Part shown: piece by piece, positions 37,233 to 51,130 of the stretch | Layout of the letters: each line of letters starts with the position of its first letter | Numbering within the stretch: the first letter of the stretch is position 1 | Assembly (NCBI GenBank): GCA_964057225.1 | Contig: OZ059899.1 | Location: 15,500,001 to 15,564,000 of the forward strand | Direction: 5' to 3' | From: Auanema rhodensis | Lineage: Eukaryota > Animalia > Nematoda | DNA length: 64,000 nt | The notes under the pieces: generated by a model | Database searches by the model: none | What the model saw: only the letters and a program-made list of their open reading frames with translations | Told to the model about the DNA's origin: nothing | Translations under genes and position numbers: made by a program

Positions 37233-40206
37233 GATAAATGTGTGAGAAATACGTAGATAAATTCTGGATCTGTATGGATCTGAATGTATTTTATGCATTG
37301 TTTCCCTTTTTCTGTTGCTTTGCCTCTATACATGTTATTATATATTATTGTTGATTTTGTTGATGTTGTTACTGTTATTATTAGGCTTTTTCAAGATTTT
37401 TATCTTTCATAAACATTTTTTCATCTTATATTCGATAGTATTACAAATACTTAGCTTGTTAGAATTATCACAACAGTAGAACTCCTCCGAATCTACATAC
37501 CCTGTATATTGAGTGAAGATCGCCTTGGCATTCATACATTTTCTTTCATTTCCTAGTGAAGACAGCATACGCTCTAGCTCTTGTTTTCAGTCGTCGTGGC
37601 CACTGTGCTGGGTCGGGTTACTCCTTTTTTCGTTTTCAGCTTTTAAATCTTACAGCTCCGTCTCTAGCTTCGCCCTCTTCTCGTCTAGACTCTTGCGCGC
37701 CGTTTTCAAGTTTTTGCCATTTCTGGCTTTATATATTTTGTTGATACGTTTGTTGTTTCTCTTCTTTTTTTCAGTCCCACCCACCTCTCTTTCAATGCCT
37801 CCGTCCTCTTTACTCCCTTTCTCTTGCCTTTTTTTTGCGTTTTAGCCTATTCTCCTTTCATAAGCTTCAGAATACGTGAAGTAATATACATGCCAAACCA
37901 AAGCTAAGTGACTTCAGACAACAAATTTCTCAGCAAATCTTAGAAAAGAAATAAATAAGTGGAAAAATGCAATGTAAATGGATACAACCGTTCTGCTGAC
38001 AATCAAATAATATAATGAATATATTAGATTTACGTGAAATATTACGTCAACTTGAATGTTTCAGCCGGAAATTACAAGAAGTGTAGTCATAGATCTGTAC
38101 TTATAGCTTATAAATTGCAAGATTCATGAAATAACTTATGCTTAATGGGTCAAACAACTGAAAACACTGATATACATACTGACACTCATACACACATGTA
38201 CACATATATGTATATAAATCAGGCTGATACTGGCACCAATGCTACTGCTTCTGCTCCATTAATGCTACTGCTAGTCATCTATCCATTCAGCTTTTGTAAT
38301 GTTAACAGATAATGCAACACATATATCACATAATTTGAATAATAACAATGACACTATAGAAAGCAGAATACCAGAAATATTAAGATAGAACTTCTATGAC
38401 TTGGTCAACCGTATCTAAAATGGTTGTTTTGGAATAATAAGATAAAACATTTCTAAACTGAAGCACTGAGCTAAGGTGGATAATTTGAAAAACAGCAAAG
38501 TCAGAACGATGTATTTGCGGTTGATGTATTCTGAATTTTGGCGGATAATAACGTGTGAAGTGAGAGCAACTTCTTATGCGGTTGAATCTGAAGGATGTTG
38601 CCTGCTAAAACGTTTCTATGTAATTAGTTTCATCAGCCATTTGTAATGAGATTTGTGATGTTATCATCATCATTACTAGAAAATATTTTCAATTTCAGGA
38701 AATATTACCTTGAAATTGATAACAATCTATCAAATACCCTATTCTTTTGGAATGTTTCCAAGTAAAAATATAGACATATATATGTTGCTCAGAACTTAAT
38801 CAACATGAAAAAAAGTTTGTTTATAAGAATTTCGGAAGAAAATTTGTAGTTACATGAAGTTTCAGCATTTACAGTTTTTCCTCATTAGAAGCTTGTAATG
38901 ATTATGATCAGCTTACTCGGGATCATTTGAAAACAATTAGCTCTTCAGGAAACTCCTCATAGCATCATTATCATCATCACCATACTTAATAATATATTTG
39001 CTTTTTGAGACATCCATCCCCGTTTATGGGTTTAAGACAGAAATGTTTATGAAGTTATAAGACAAAGTTCATTTGCATATTGGATGTTATAGCTTCATAC
39101 TCATTTCAATGACTTTCCTGAAACATTCAATGAACTTAATGTAAACTCTGCTGCTAGCCATCATTATTGTGCAGGAAATTCCTTTTGTGAGTTACAAAGA
39201 TTAGATGCAAAACAATTCTATTGCAACTTCTCTGTCATCGTTCTTCCACTGTCTCCATCACATGCTCTTTGTAACTTATTCTCCGTTCTCTCTTTCTTTC
39301 AATTTTTCTCTTACATTTAGATCTCATTCTCTCTTGTGGCTTCCCTCCCATACACGTTGCCAATCTTGTGTCTAGAGTGTGTCCATGTATCACCTCCTCT
39401 ATGTCTCTAACTGCTTCAGCATTACATCATTTATCGCCTTGTGTCTCTTATTCCATCCTCAGTCAGGTCGTTCTACATACAGAGAGAAAGGAAAAAAAAA
39501 GAAGAGACAGCGAGAGAGATAGATAGAGAGAGAGATAGATAGAGAGAGAGAATTGAAAGGAGAAAGCTTACTATTCCTTTCCTTCCATATGGCCTTTTCC
39601 AATCTTGAATTGTTCTGCTTATTGGTATTCAATGGTCTAAACGATGACCAACACATTCTTTATTATATTTAATCTATACAAATATTCTATATGATAAATG
39701 AGAGAGAATCAGTGAATATCCATAAAGGAAATACTGATATGGAAGTCATTAAGTTTTGAAAAACGACGGAAATATTCAAAGGAAATGATTCGTTTATACT
39801 GGAAACTCAGCGATACTATCACAACCGTTCGTTCCTATAGTCAGTGATCGAAATGAAGATGAAAAAGCATTTGTAATGAGCTTCATGTGAAACGTTAATT
39901 ACGTGAAAAATGACAAATTGACGTATGCTAATGATGTAATAAAAAGGATAAAAAGGATAAATATATGAATATAATTAGATAAAATCAATATAAATATTAA
40001 AAAAATTAATTTAACATATAATATTTTAAAATAATCAATAATATAACTATGTGTATATAATAAATTTGTTATAATTTATAAAACTATATCTTTACTACTA
40101 AACATATCACCATATTATACCACATGTTTTTAATCTTAAATATGGTTTAGATGTCTCTTCTTCCTCTTTTTTTTTCTTAGTTGAGCAAGCAAATCCTTCA
40201 CCCTCT

Positions 40207-40211
<5 letters not shown>

Positions 40212-40273
<62 letters not shown>
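40212..40273. repeat. (CT)n microsatellite, about 31 units
   Basis: Read directly from sequence. Confidence 0.97.
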
Positions 40274-40277
<4 letters not shown>

Positions 40278-40900
40278 TTTCTCTCTCTCTCTCTCTTTCT
40301 TTCTCTTTCTCTATATTCCTATTTCACAAACACTCTATCCCCTCATTCCGAAACATTTTTTTTTCTGATTCTAATCAAAAAGAAAATGCTTTGTCGGCCT
40401 CTTGAAAACCAAAAGAACTTTGCTACTATATACATGTAAACAAGTACATATACTTAAATAAAATATAATATATAAATCTTATATTTAACTATATAATATG
40501 CTGTTTATACATTTTTTTATATTAAATACACATGTATATGCATTGTCTTTCTACGTTTTATGCCTATGCCGTTCCCTCCATATTTCGCTTTTCAGTTTTG
40601 CCTTCCATTTTCGATCCCTCGTATCTCCTTTTTCGTCCGAAATTTATTGACATTTTTCGTTTTTTTCTCTTTTTTTTTGTTTTTTTTTATCTTCACACAA
40701 TATTTTTCCTTTTTTTTTTGCATTTCAACTCATTGTTGTTATGTTGTTTACAAGCAGCCAACTTTGGTCTAATGTTGACATGTATCAGAAGTATACGTAG
40801 TAGCACGCAAATCTGAAATGGTATGAAGACGTACTAAAGCTTGAATATGCTGCTTATGCATTGGATGAATTTGAGTTTTCATATTGGATGAGAAAACATG

Positions 40901-40936
<36 letters not shown>

Positions 40937-42867
40937 ACAATTAATATTTTCATTATCACATGTTGTTTCTCATTAAATTGTCATTTCTTTAACCTTTTTT
41001 CATTTTGTCTTACTGTTACTCGACCTATCTCTCTTTCCAACCACTCTCTCTCCCTTTCTCCCTCCCTCTTTATCTTTCTCTTTACTTATCTCTTACTCTC
41101 CTTTTTTCTCTTTCTCTCATTTGTGAATACTATCTGTTTCTAGTTGCTTGCTTATGCTCTTTCTCTTTTCATTCTTCTTCTTTCTATTTCAATTTCTTTT
41201 TTTCTTTGCTTCTCTCTCATCTTCTTATTGTCTTTAGCAACATATAACCCGTTTGCTTTACTTCTTTAATCTATTCTTCTTTTTAGCGACTTCATCTCTC
41301 TTGTATAGCTTATCCGAAGTTTGATTGGAAGCCGATGAAACAGCTCCACAAGCTTATCTAGATGATGGAAAAAGTCGTGCTGGAGACTATTTGAAACAGA
41401 AAGAAAAGAGCAAAATGGGTTTTGTCTGGTTACGGGCTGATCTCGAAAAGGAGTCAATAGAGCAATGCTTGGAGAGCATGTCACTGAATGTCTATGATGC
41501 AAGAGAGTAATAGAAATATAGAAGAACACAATGAGAGCTAAAGAGAGAGAGATAGAGAAAAAGAGAAAGAGTTAGGCTTGGTTCTAGCAAGCGCAGCCTA
41601 GCACATCTCAGCGTTGTTACCAGAATGACGGTGATGAGGGAAAACATAAGAAGAGGATTCAGTCAAAAAGGACAAAAGGAAGAGAATCTACTGAGAAGAG
41701 AAGAAGAGATAGAAGCTCTTTATGAATTCTAACATTTGATTTTCATGTTGTTGCTCAGACATTCTGAACTACTTAATGGCCGAGAGATACCTCATAAAGC
41801 CAGTTTTGAAAGAATGTTTAGTGAAATTCGTCCAAAAGACTCGATAGTCATGAGTCCAAAATTCAATTTTCAGATTTTATTTAACGGAATGCTTCAAAAT
41901 CATCTAAATCCAGATATGATTCTTAGATGAAGCAGCAAAGGAAATATGCCTTGTGACAGGAAGATATAGATACTTCCCGATGTTCAGTGTTATCATTTCA
42001 ACTCTCATTCATATGATTTCCGCTTTTTTTTTCGGAAATACATGATGAACGGAACAATTGATGATGCATCTTCGAAATATTTTTGTTCGTTTAATCGTGA
42101 TTCATCCTCAACCAAACCATATTCCTGATGTTATTCAGCATCTTTTGTCGTAATTCCCTCATTTATTTCTTTTTTTTCTCTCTCATCCCCTCTCACACAC
42201 TCTCACACTCTCTGTCACTATTGAGATGAAAGAGGAGTTGTCCCTGCTTCCGGGTATGATATCAATAAGCTTAACTATTATATGTTTCAAAGAGCAGTAA
42301 AAATAAAATGTTTAATTAAGGTAATTACTGAAAATGCTGCACAAGTTTATGAGAAACTAGCTTGATTTATCGATGATTCAAGCCTATTATCCATTAATAA
42401 TGTATTTTATCATCAAATATATAAGTTAATGGTATCAAATCATTTATTGGTTTGATATCAGCTAGAATAGAGAACAGGACATCTGATGAGACTAGACAAC
42501 TGATAGACGATAAACCAAAGTTCCGTTTTGCAAAAAAAACGAAAAGACATATCATTGAACAGTCCGATGAAGAGTGGCTCAATAGCATCATATCACATTC
42601 GAAATGGTAAGTTAAAATGATTTTTTCTACATGAAGTACAGTTCATTACAACAACAATTAGTTCATTAGTCACATGATTTCATCGGCTCTAAAGGTCTTA
42701 GTCAATAATGCTGCTCTGGTAACAAGCTGGTATTACATATATACACCTGAATGTGGGGGGGGGGGGATGGGGAGGACACTTGAATGATCTGTTTGTTCAA
42801 ATTAGCATTATGTTGTTGAAACCTATAAACATGTTTATATTATGAGGTAAAAAAGTAAAAGGAAGAG

Positions 42868-42917
<50 letters not shown>

Positions 42918-44463
42918 TTTGTACATGACGCCTAGTAGGTACATACATACATACATCATACTCCTAGCAGCCTGATTTGCGATTATGAATTTCTCCGTTG
43001 CTAGACCGTCAACGTATTCCGAATACCAACCACAATAAAGTCAAAAAGACTTGAAGAAATAACAAGAAAAGAAAAAAAAAGAGAGAGAGAGAGACCGAGA
43101 CATAGGGTTGAAACGCGAAACGAATAAAGATAATGGCGACGGTAGCCTCATAATCGCCAGAAAGAGATCCAAGAAGTCAATGGCGTGAGGAGGATGTTGA
43201 TTCGTTAGCATGCCAGTAATGGTGTTGAATAGATGGAAGAAGGAAGAGGAGGTCTGAAGATTGACCAGCTAGTTTTCTATAAGAAGAGATAGTAATGTCG
43301 ATAACGGTTATGTCTATGTGATGATCCATGAAGTGCCTTCCTCTTGGCACAGAGACGAATCACTTAGACGAATGATGTTGATGCTATTCATGAGTGGAAG
43401 TATCATTGAACTTTTTCATCATGTAGCTTTGTTCAAAATAGTTTTCAGGTTAGTTAAGAGAAAATTTCCGGAATTTAGCCGTCATATTTCAAGGCAATAT
43501 TTCTCTCCCTCCCCCCCCTTTCTTTCTATACTATATCCTATATCATATAGTGAAGTGGATATATCAACAGCATAATAAAGCTTATTTGTGTTTTTGAGTA
43601 AACGTGACAATATCCTACTACATGTTTCGTTGTATGATGTGTTGTAGTTGTTAGAAGGTTAGATAGAAGGCTGTAGGAAGGGGGGCAGTCCAAGGGTAGA
43701 GGGATGAACGATTGTTGTTCTCCTCTTTCTTTTCATTTTCTTTTCATCTTTTTCTCTCTCTAGTTTTACCATTTACTTCAAGAATATTTCCAATTCTGCG
43801 TCTCTTACATATACAACGGCCATCGCTCAGATTCCAACCTCTCTCTTTCTCTCTTCCCTCTTCACTTTTTCTCTCAGTCGGGGCTTGCTGAAAGCAGAAA
43901 ACCAAATAAGGACTGGTCGCAGTCTGAACCTATGTTTTTCATTCTTTCTCACTCACCCTTCTATCCTCCCCTCTCTTTCTCTCTCTTTCTTTTTTTCTCT
44001 CTCTCTCTGTTTTTGAGATGGCTCTCGCAGTTTCCCCTCTATAGCTGACTAGAACTAGGAATATTTAACTTTCATGGATAAAAAATCGAGAAGTAGTGTC
44101 ACGATCTTCGAATGAAAATAAATATATGAATTATTTATATAATTAATCTTAATTATAATAAAATAAAATAAATAAATAAAAGTTCAATAATAATAATATA
44201 AAATAATATTATGAATATAATATTATATTTTAACCAAATTATAAGACAATGCATGATCAAACTACAAACTAAAAAAAAAATTTAATTGAAACATAAGAAA
44301 AGATGGAACAATGCGAATGATGAACCACATATCACACTTATGCATTTAGCATACGTGAAAGTGCACGTGAGATTTCACGTGAAAAATTCATCTCATGCAT
44401 TATTTCATTTATGTAACATCAGCAGTCATAAACGGTTGAGACATTTTAATTTATCTCATCACA

Positions 44464-44563
<100 letters not shown>

Positions 44564-45024
44564 ACATTTAATCAACGGATCAAAAACACTTATATCATAT
44601 AAGTTAGCAAGATAACATATAATGTGTTCTATTTCATGTATATTCCTGATTCTGAACGCCATGTTAGTTCATATTTACCTGTTCATGTAGTTAACAATAC
44701 TATGCCAACAAATCCAGTAAGGTAGCGCGAGTAACAAGCTAGTTAGCTGACGACGTCCAGTTCATCATTCCTCAGTTCCTCATTCCTCATTAATTTTCTG
44801 TTTTGGTCGTTCTGTCCAAATGAAGACTTTTTAATTTTTAAAAATAGCCTCATTTAACAAATCTCAAAACTATTAATATAATAATTATTATAACTACTCA
44901 TTGGTATAATATTCCATATAGTTTGGTGTCTAGTGTCTCAAGTCTACATTCTATTATTACAATTTCTTCATTCAAACTATTTTTATCTTTCCCCTCTCTG
45001 CTTTCTTTTCCTGATCACCTCCTC

Positions 45025-45061
<37 letters not shown>

Positions 45062-46998
45062 TTTTCTCACTTTCTCGCACATCTTTGTCTATGTTCCGTG
45101 TACATGGTTTTGGGATTTTGATGTTTTTTTTACATGATCATCGCTTCATAGAGCTGTATCAATCCTTATAACAGGCTTTTCTCATGTTTGGACTACTACA
45201 CATGGGCAGAATCCTCATTGCGTAATAATGATAAGACGACGTTCTCTCTCTTTCGCTCTCTTTCTCTCTCTTTCTTTCCTTTTCTCTATCTTTTCTATCT
45301 TTCTCTCGCATTCTCTTCACTATTCTCTTAGTTTTTTTGATATTGCGTGCTCATTTTCTTGTTAGAATTGCGATTATCATAATTGGACTAGAAGAAGAAG
45401 AACAGTTAACAGATTCAAAGTACATACATATATCTGTTTATCCAACTTCTCTCAAGCTTCTCTATCAATGAAACTAAATTATATTATATAACTATATAAT
45501 TATATTTTAGAAAAGTCTTCTATTCCCCGCTCTCTTCATACCCTTTTTCCCATTTTCCTATGCATTCTCAACACATTGCAGACACTATCTCTCACTTTCA
45601 CTCTCTTGACTGTTCTTTCAGCAGTTAAGGTGGACTTCGATTTTTTGCAAAAAAAAAATAAAAAGAGAAAGAAAAAGAAAGAGGAAAGTGAGAGACGCAG
45701 AGATGGAAAGATACGAGAGAGAAGCGAGAGAGCAGACAAGAACACGAGGAAGGAACAGCATGACGACAACGAGATAGAGGACATGAAACGGAGAGCAGAT
45801 GACGACCGACGAAACACAACAATTTCAGACGTCAATTATAGCACAGTTCTTGTTGCTTCATGCATATCTGGCTATAATTCAAAACTGATACAAGAGAAAA
45901 CACAGCAGAAGCAGCAGCAGTTTCACATAGCTTCTTCGTCGAGCCGTCGCCCTCATCAGTCACATCTTAGTTTTAGTGCTGCTAAGGCTTTTGATGCATT
46001 GATGCTATTGCTGGTATGGTAGCAATAGCATATCACCTCAGCAGTCATCTTGTTTGTATGCTTTTGCCTTCATTCACTTGCTAATTTCAATGAAGATACG
46101 ACGTCCGATACACGATTCCAGGAGGACATAGTGTGTATGTTGTAGATCAGTAGGAATGATGTTAAGAAACAGCTTCAAACATGATGTCCAAAGAATAATG
46201 AGAAGACGACGTGTATGATGTCGTCATCGTTCATTTTCGAGAAGCATAAGCTTTAGAGCACAGCAAAGTCAACAGATAGAGAGAAATGGATTTAGGAATA
46301 GGAGAAACAGCTATAACGGAGTGTTGACACGGATAAATCGGTTTTTTTCCTGCTCTTCTCCCGTCACTTAAATCTCCTTTCGGCCGGTATGACGGAACAT
46401 TGCTTGATGATCCAAACAAGGCAATATATAGACAGCATAATTACTGATTACGAGTCTGTCTACTGAGAAATCATATCAGTCTTCGGAAGTACTTGTCACT
46501 TTCATCAAGACTTCACAACTCAAATGTAGTTGTTGCTGATATACATAAGGACAATAAGACATGAAGCTTGTTCAAGCTTAAGTTGTCAAGTTTTAAGAAA
46601 CAACTTGAAATAGATAAAAATTTCGATGTATCATGTATACTATCAATCAATAATCTATATTATCACATACATATATATTAAATTTAATAATTAATATGCT
46701 TGTATACTATAGTAGTAGTATATATTCCAAATAAACAAGTAGACTAGTCAAACGATGAATCAAGTACAAACTATTAAAAAATCTCCAAATATATAGAAAG
46801 AGAGAGGATATTACACTTGTATATCTATGATATACATTTATAAAATTGTGTTTCTATTATATTTTATTATAGAAATATGTATATTCTGATTATATTTTCT
46901 GTTTTCTGATACTTCTTTCGTACTTTATTGCATAATTTTTTCATTTTTTTGTATCTTCTACTTACTATCTTCCTTATATTTCAGCTACTTCTCTTTCT

Positions 46999-47039
<41 letters not shown>

Positions 47040-48342
47040 CATTTCTTCATGTTTCTATGTGTCCCTCGGTACAGCTTCACTTTCTTCTTATAATAACTTT
47101 CATGTAGTTTTTTTGTGGTTTTGTTGGTGTTGGTGAGAAGGGTGAAGGAGAAGAAGGGAGACGGGAGAGGAAGTTAGCTAGAGAGAGAGTTAGCTAGCTG
47201 GTGGTTGCGGTTGTGGTTGTGGTTCTAGGGGCAAAGAGAGAGGAGTTTTAACTCTGACTCTCAACATTTCTGGTTAATTTGACTTCGTTTCTTTCCATTT
47301 TCAGCCGTTTTTTGCCTTTTTTTTTGTCATTAAATCATACTTGAGTATGTATATGTATATGGGAACTTTATGTGAATATGAACGTATAATATTCAATTAA
47401 TTTCAATATTTGATATTTGATGAAGGTGATAGTGATATGCCTTTAATTCTCTTATTCTTACATCTTTACTAGTTGTCCTCTATATGGTGGTCTTCTATTA
47501 TTCTCATTGTCATCATCATCATCATCTTCTTCTTATAGGAATACAATCTGTAGTATTTCAACTTCTTTTTCTCTCTCTCTCTCCCTCCCTCGTTATCTCC
47601 TTCCATGTCTCTCTATATACCATCTTTCCCTCTCCATCTTACTCTCTTCATATCTCTTTCTCTTTATCTTACTTACTCCCTCTATTTTGCTCATAGGCTT
47701 TTTTTCTCTCTCTCTCTATCTATTTCGTATTCTTCTTTGAATCCACTGACTAGCCATAGTCTTCAGTACAGAGACTGAACGACGCTAAATGCCTGGTGTC
47801 TGACATTGCTAGCTTGTCGACATAGAATGACTCTCTATTCCTTTTGCCCTACCCAAAGCACAGAGATAGAGAGAGAGAAGGGAAACAAGGGAGGGGAAGG
47901 GAAGAGAAAGAGAGAGATGGAACGCAGTAGAGAGATACGAGAGGCACACGTCTAATTCAACCCCCCCCCCTCCCTTCCCTCTCCCTCTAGCTACCCTTTT
48001 TCTCTTGTTGCTTCCTACTACAGCAAAACTCTTATAATTCTTCTCTCTCCCTCTCTCTCTCCCTCTATCTGATTTCTTTATATCTTTCTTTTTCTTAGAT
48101 TGATAGACAACCTTATTCATTCTCCTACTGCTTTTACCTGTCCTCTCTCCGAGGTTGTCAGTTAGACCGCACATAGAGAGAATTAAATCGGCAAAAGTCG
48201 GAAGTAAAAAAGCAGTTCCTTCCAAGATTTCAGCGATATGTGATCAATTGAGCTCTCCGAATTAAAAAAAAATCCATTGCTATTTTCCTGCAAAATCAGA
48301 TTCAAAGACTTCACATACTTCTCTCTCTCTACCTCTGTCTAC

Positions 48343-48402
<60 letters not shown>

Positions 48403-49362
48403 TTCTATCTCTTTTTCCTCTTGCCTTATGCTTAACAGTTCTCATTTCATTGGCTCTGGACATATGCCAACAGGTATAGCAATCAAGTCTGAATTGACAC
48501 ATACAGTTCAAATTCTGTTTTTTCATCAAAATGTCTTCAAAACTTAATCTTTTTTTTGGCAGATTTTCTGAACACGTTAGCGTCTTATAGCACATTACAG
48601 TTGGTGTTTTCAAGCCCTTGTCCCCTCAGCTGTATTCGTGATTCCAGCTCAATCAGGTCTATGCACGTTCTTTGTGCTGCGGCGGTTGATCGACAGCGCG
48701 AATTCATCGTTTGACGGTCTTTTCAGCACTGAAGGGGAGAGTGGGAAGAAGGAGAGACACACGCACAGTTCTTCTTCAATGACTAAACGTCAATGCGTTT
48801 GCCTCGTTGATGACACTGAGGATTGCGAAAGGCCGGCAGGCTTATAGGCTGTTGATGAGATTTGGCCTCCAGCTAACAGCCTGAAAGCAGCATAATCAGC
48901 TGCAAACTGTTATTGTTTGAAGAAACAAAAAAAACATCGTTTTTGGTGCAGAACAGAAGGTAAGCCGAAAGAGATCGGAAGAAGGAGACGCACTTACTAT
49001 GCTATATCTGAATGTTTCTCCATGTACGGCTGAAAACAAAAAGTTGTCCCTACGATCTACATGTGCTTTTCAAAGCTGAAACCTTTTCTGTTATTCAGAG
49101 AGGAGGATGATTCTTTTTTCTTTTTTTCTTCTCGTCCTTTTCTAGCCAATCTCTGGCCATAGGAGCAGCCACTGAGTTCTTCCATATCTGGCCTCGACCA
49201 ACCACCCTCTATCTCATTCTTTCTCTCTCTCTCTCTAACTGTCTCTCTATAGAGCCAGCGATTTCTGTCCTTCGTAGTCCGCAGCATTCAACATCATCTA
49301 AATAGACCAGAGACAGAATCCATATTACCTTATTCAGTGTTGGTGTATATACATAGGTATTC

Positions 49363-49403
<41 letters not shown>

Positions 49404-51099
49404 GATGATCAAGTAACGATGTACATGGATGATCATTTCAAGAAAAGAATAACCTGATGTCAATGACAGATGATGTGCTCAAAAGAAATATATCTTTTTC
49501 TTCTTGTTTTTCATTCTCAAAAAATGTGGATGATGATGGAAGATAAATCAAATCTAGTTCTATTATTTTCGTTTTCTACCTCTTTCTCTGTTTCTTGGAT
49601 TCTCTTTCAAATATCATTTTATTTGCCTCTTTCTCATTATCTCTCGTTTACTTCCAAATATTTTGTTTTTCTACTTTTCTTTATCATCATACCTCTATTT
49701 CTCTTTTTCTCTCTTTCCCTCTCTCTCTCTCACTTTATGTATACATGTCTATCTATGTTTCTAACTGCCAATCTCTCTCTATCTCTATCTCTTCTTAGAC
49801 CTTACTGAGTGAGCCCAATATGACAACTACATCATACAGTTCAACTAATGTTATTGGAATTTGATTCCTAATGAATCAATTCGGTCACGCCTTGTGATCA
49901 CACTCATGGTGGTTCAGGAAATGGCTTCGAAAAGCATAGAAACAGCAAGATAGATGAAGAAAGAGAATGAAAAAGATTGAGACAAAGTTAGAGAAAATGA
50001 AATATAAAGAGGTAACTAGAGAAAGAGAGAAAGAGAGAGAGAGAGAGAGGGAGAGTAGAGGAAACTAAAAGAGAAATAATTGAAGAGAACGAGTAAAAAC
50101 ATTATGAAGTGATGATACTATATGAGGAAAATCAGTACACGTGTATAGAGAACATATTTTATTTTAAATATATGAGAGGAAAAATGGAATGGGAAGGAAG
50201 GAAGAAAAACTTATTGCTTATATACACTCTGAATTCTATCATTATTTTCTCAAAATAACATAATCAACGCAGCAGCAAGCTATAGCTGTATTAAACATGT
50301 AATTGCTCGTTCCACTATGATATGAATGTGGCTTCTGTTTCTTTTTTCTTCTTTCAATGTTAAGAATATAATTTCTTTCATGAGCTAATTCAGAATGAAT
50401 TCTTCCGATTCACGCTGCTCAGGCTTGTTCAGCATGGCCTTTTGAGCTTTATAAGTTATACGAGAAGCTGACTGCTCGTTCCTCTTTCCTCCAATAGCTT
50501 TTTGTCATTTTAAACTTTCAACATGCTATGAATTGACTTGTTAACCTACTAATCTAAGTCTTCCCTCGTACCTTGTCTCTTCTACTTCTTCTTCGTCTTC
50601 TGTTTTCAATTTGATTCCCTTTCAGCTTTTTCTTCTTCAACCCCCACCCCCTATTCCATTTCTCTCCATTCTCTCCGCCCTGTGAGTCGTCTCGCCTGGT
50701 CCATCGTCGGGCTGTAGGACGCGTATCGATTAGCGTCTCTCTGAGTTGTTCACACTCTCTCCGTAACTGTCTGACCATACGTTCTGATGGATTAAACAGT
50801 CAGACGCTTGCATTGAAACGTTCCTCCTTTAGTAGCACTTGTCCACATCGTAGCATCGTATCAAGTTTGTCCCCCTCGGGGGCCATTTTGACTTCTTCCT
50901 ACCTTTTGGTTAAGTCTCACAGCTGTTGCTTGTGTCTTACCCTTTCTTTCCTTCTCTTATGCTTCGTCTTCATCATCTTCATTTTCTCACCCCACCCCTC
51001 CCCTATGCTTTCAACCTCTCCTTTCTAATTGTTTTCTCTCTATCTCTCATAACCTCTTAGCATGTTTCTTCTCTCTATCTCTCCTTTTCGTTTTGTCAG

Positions 51100-51130
<31 letters not shown>

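Noticed and set aside
41325-41510. 61-codon ORF with protein-like composition (EADETAPQAYLDDG...)
   Set aside because: TTG start, no good acceptor, no recognisable homology, and length within chance range.
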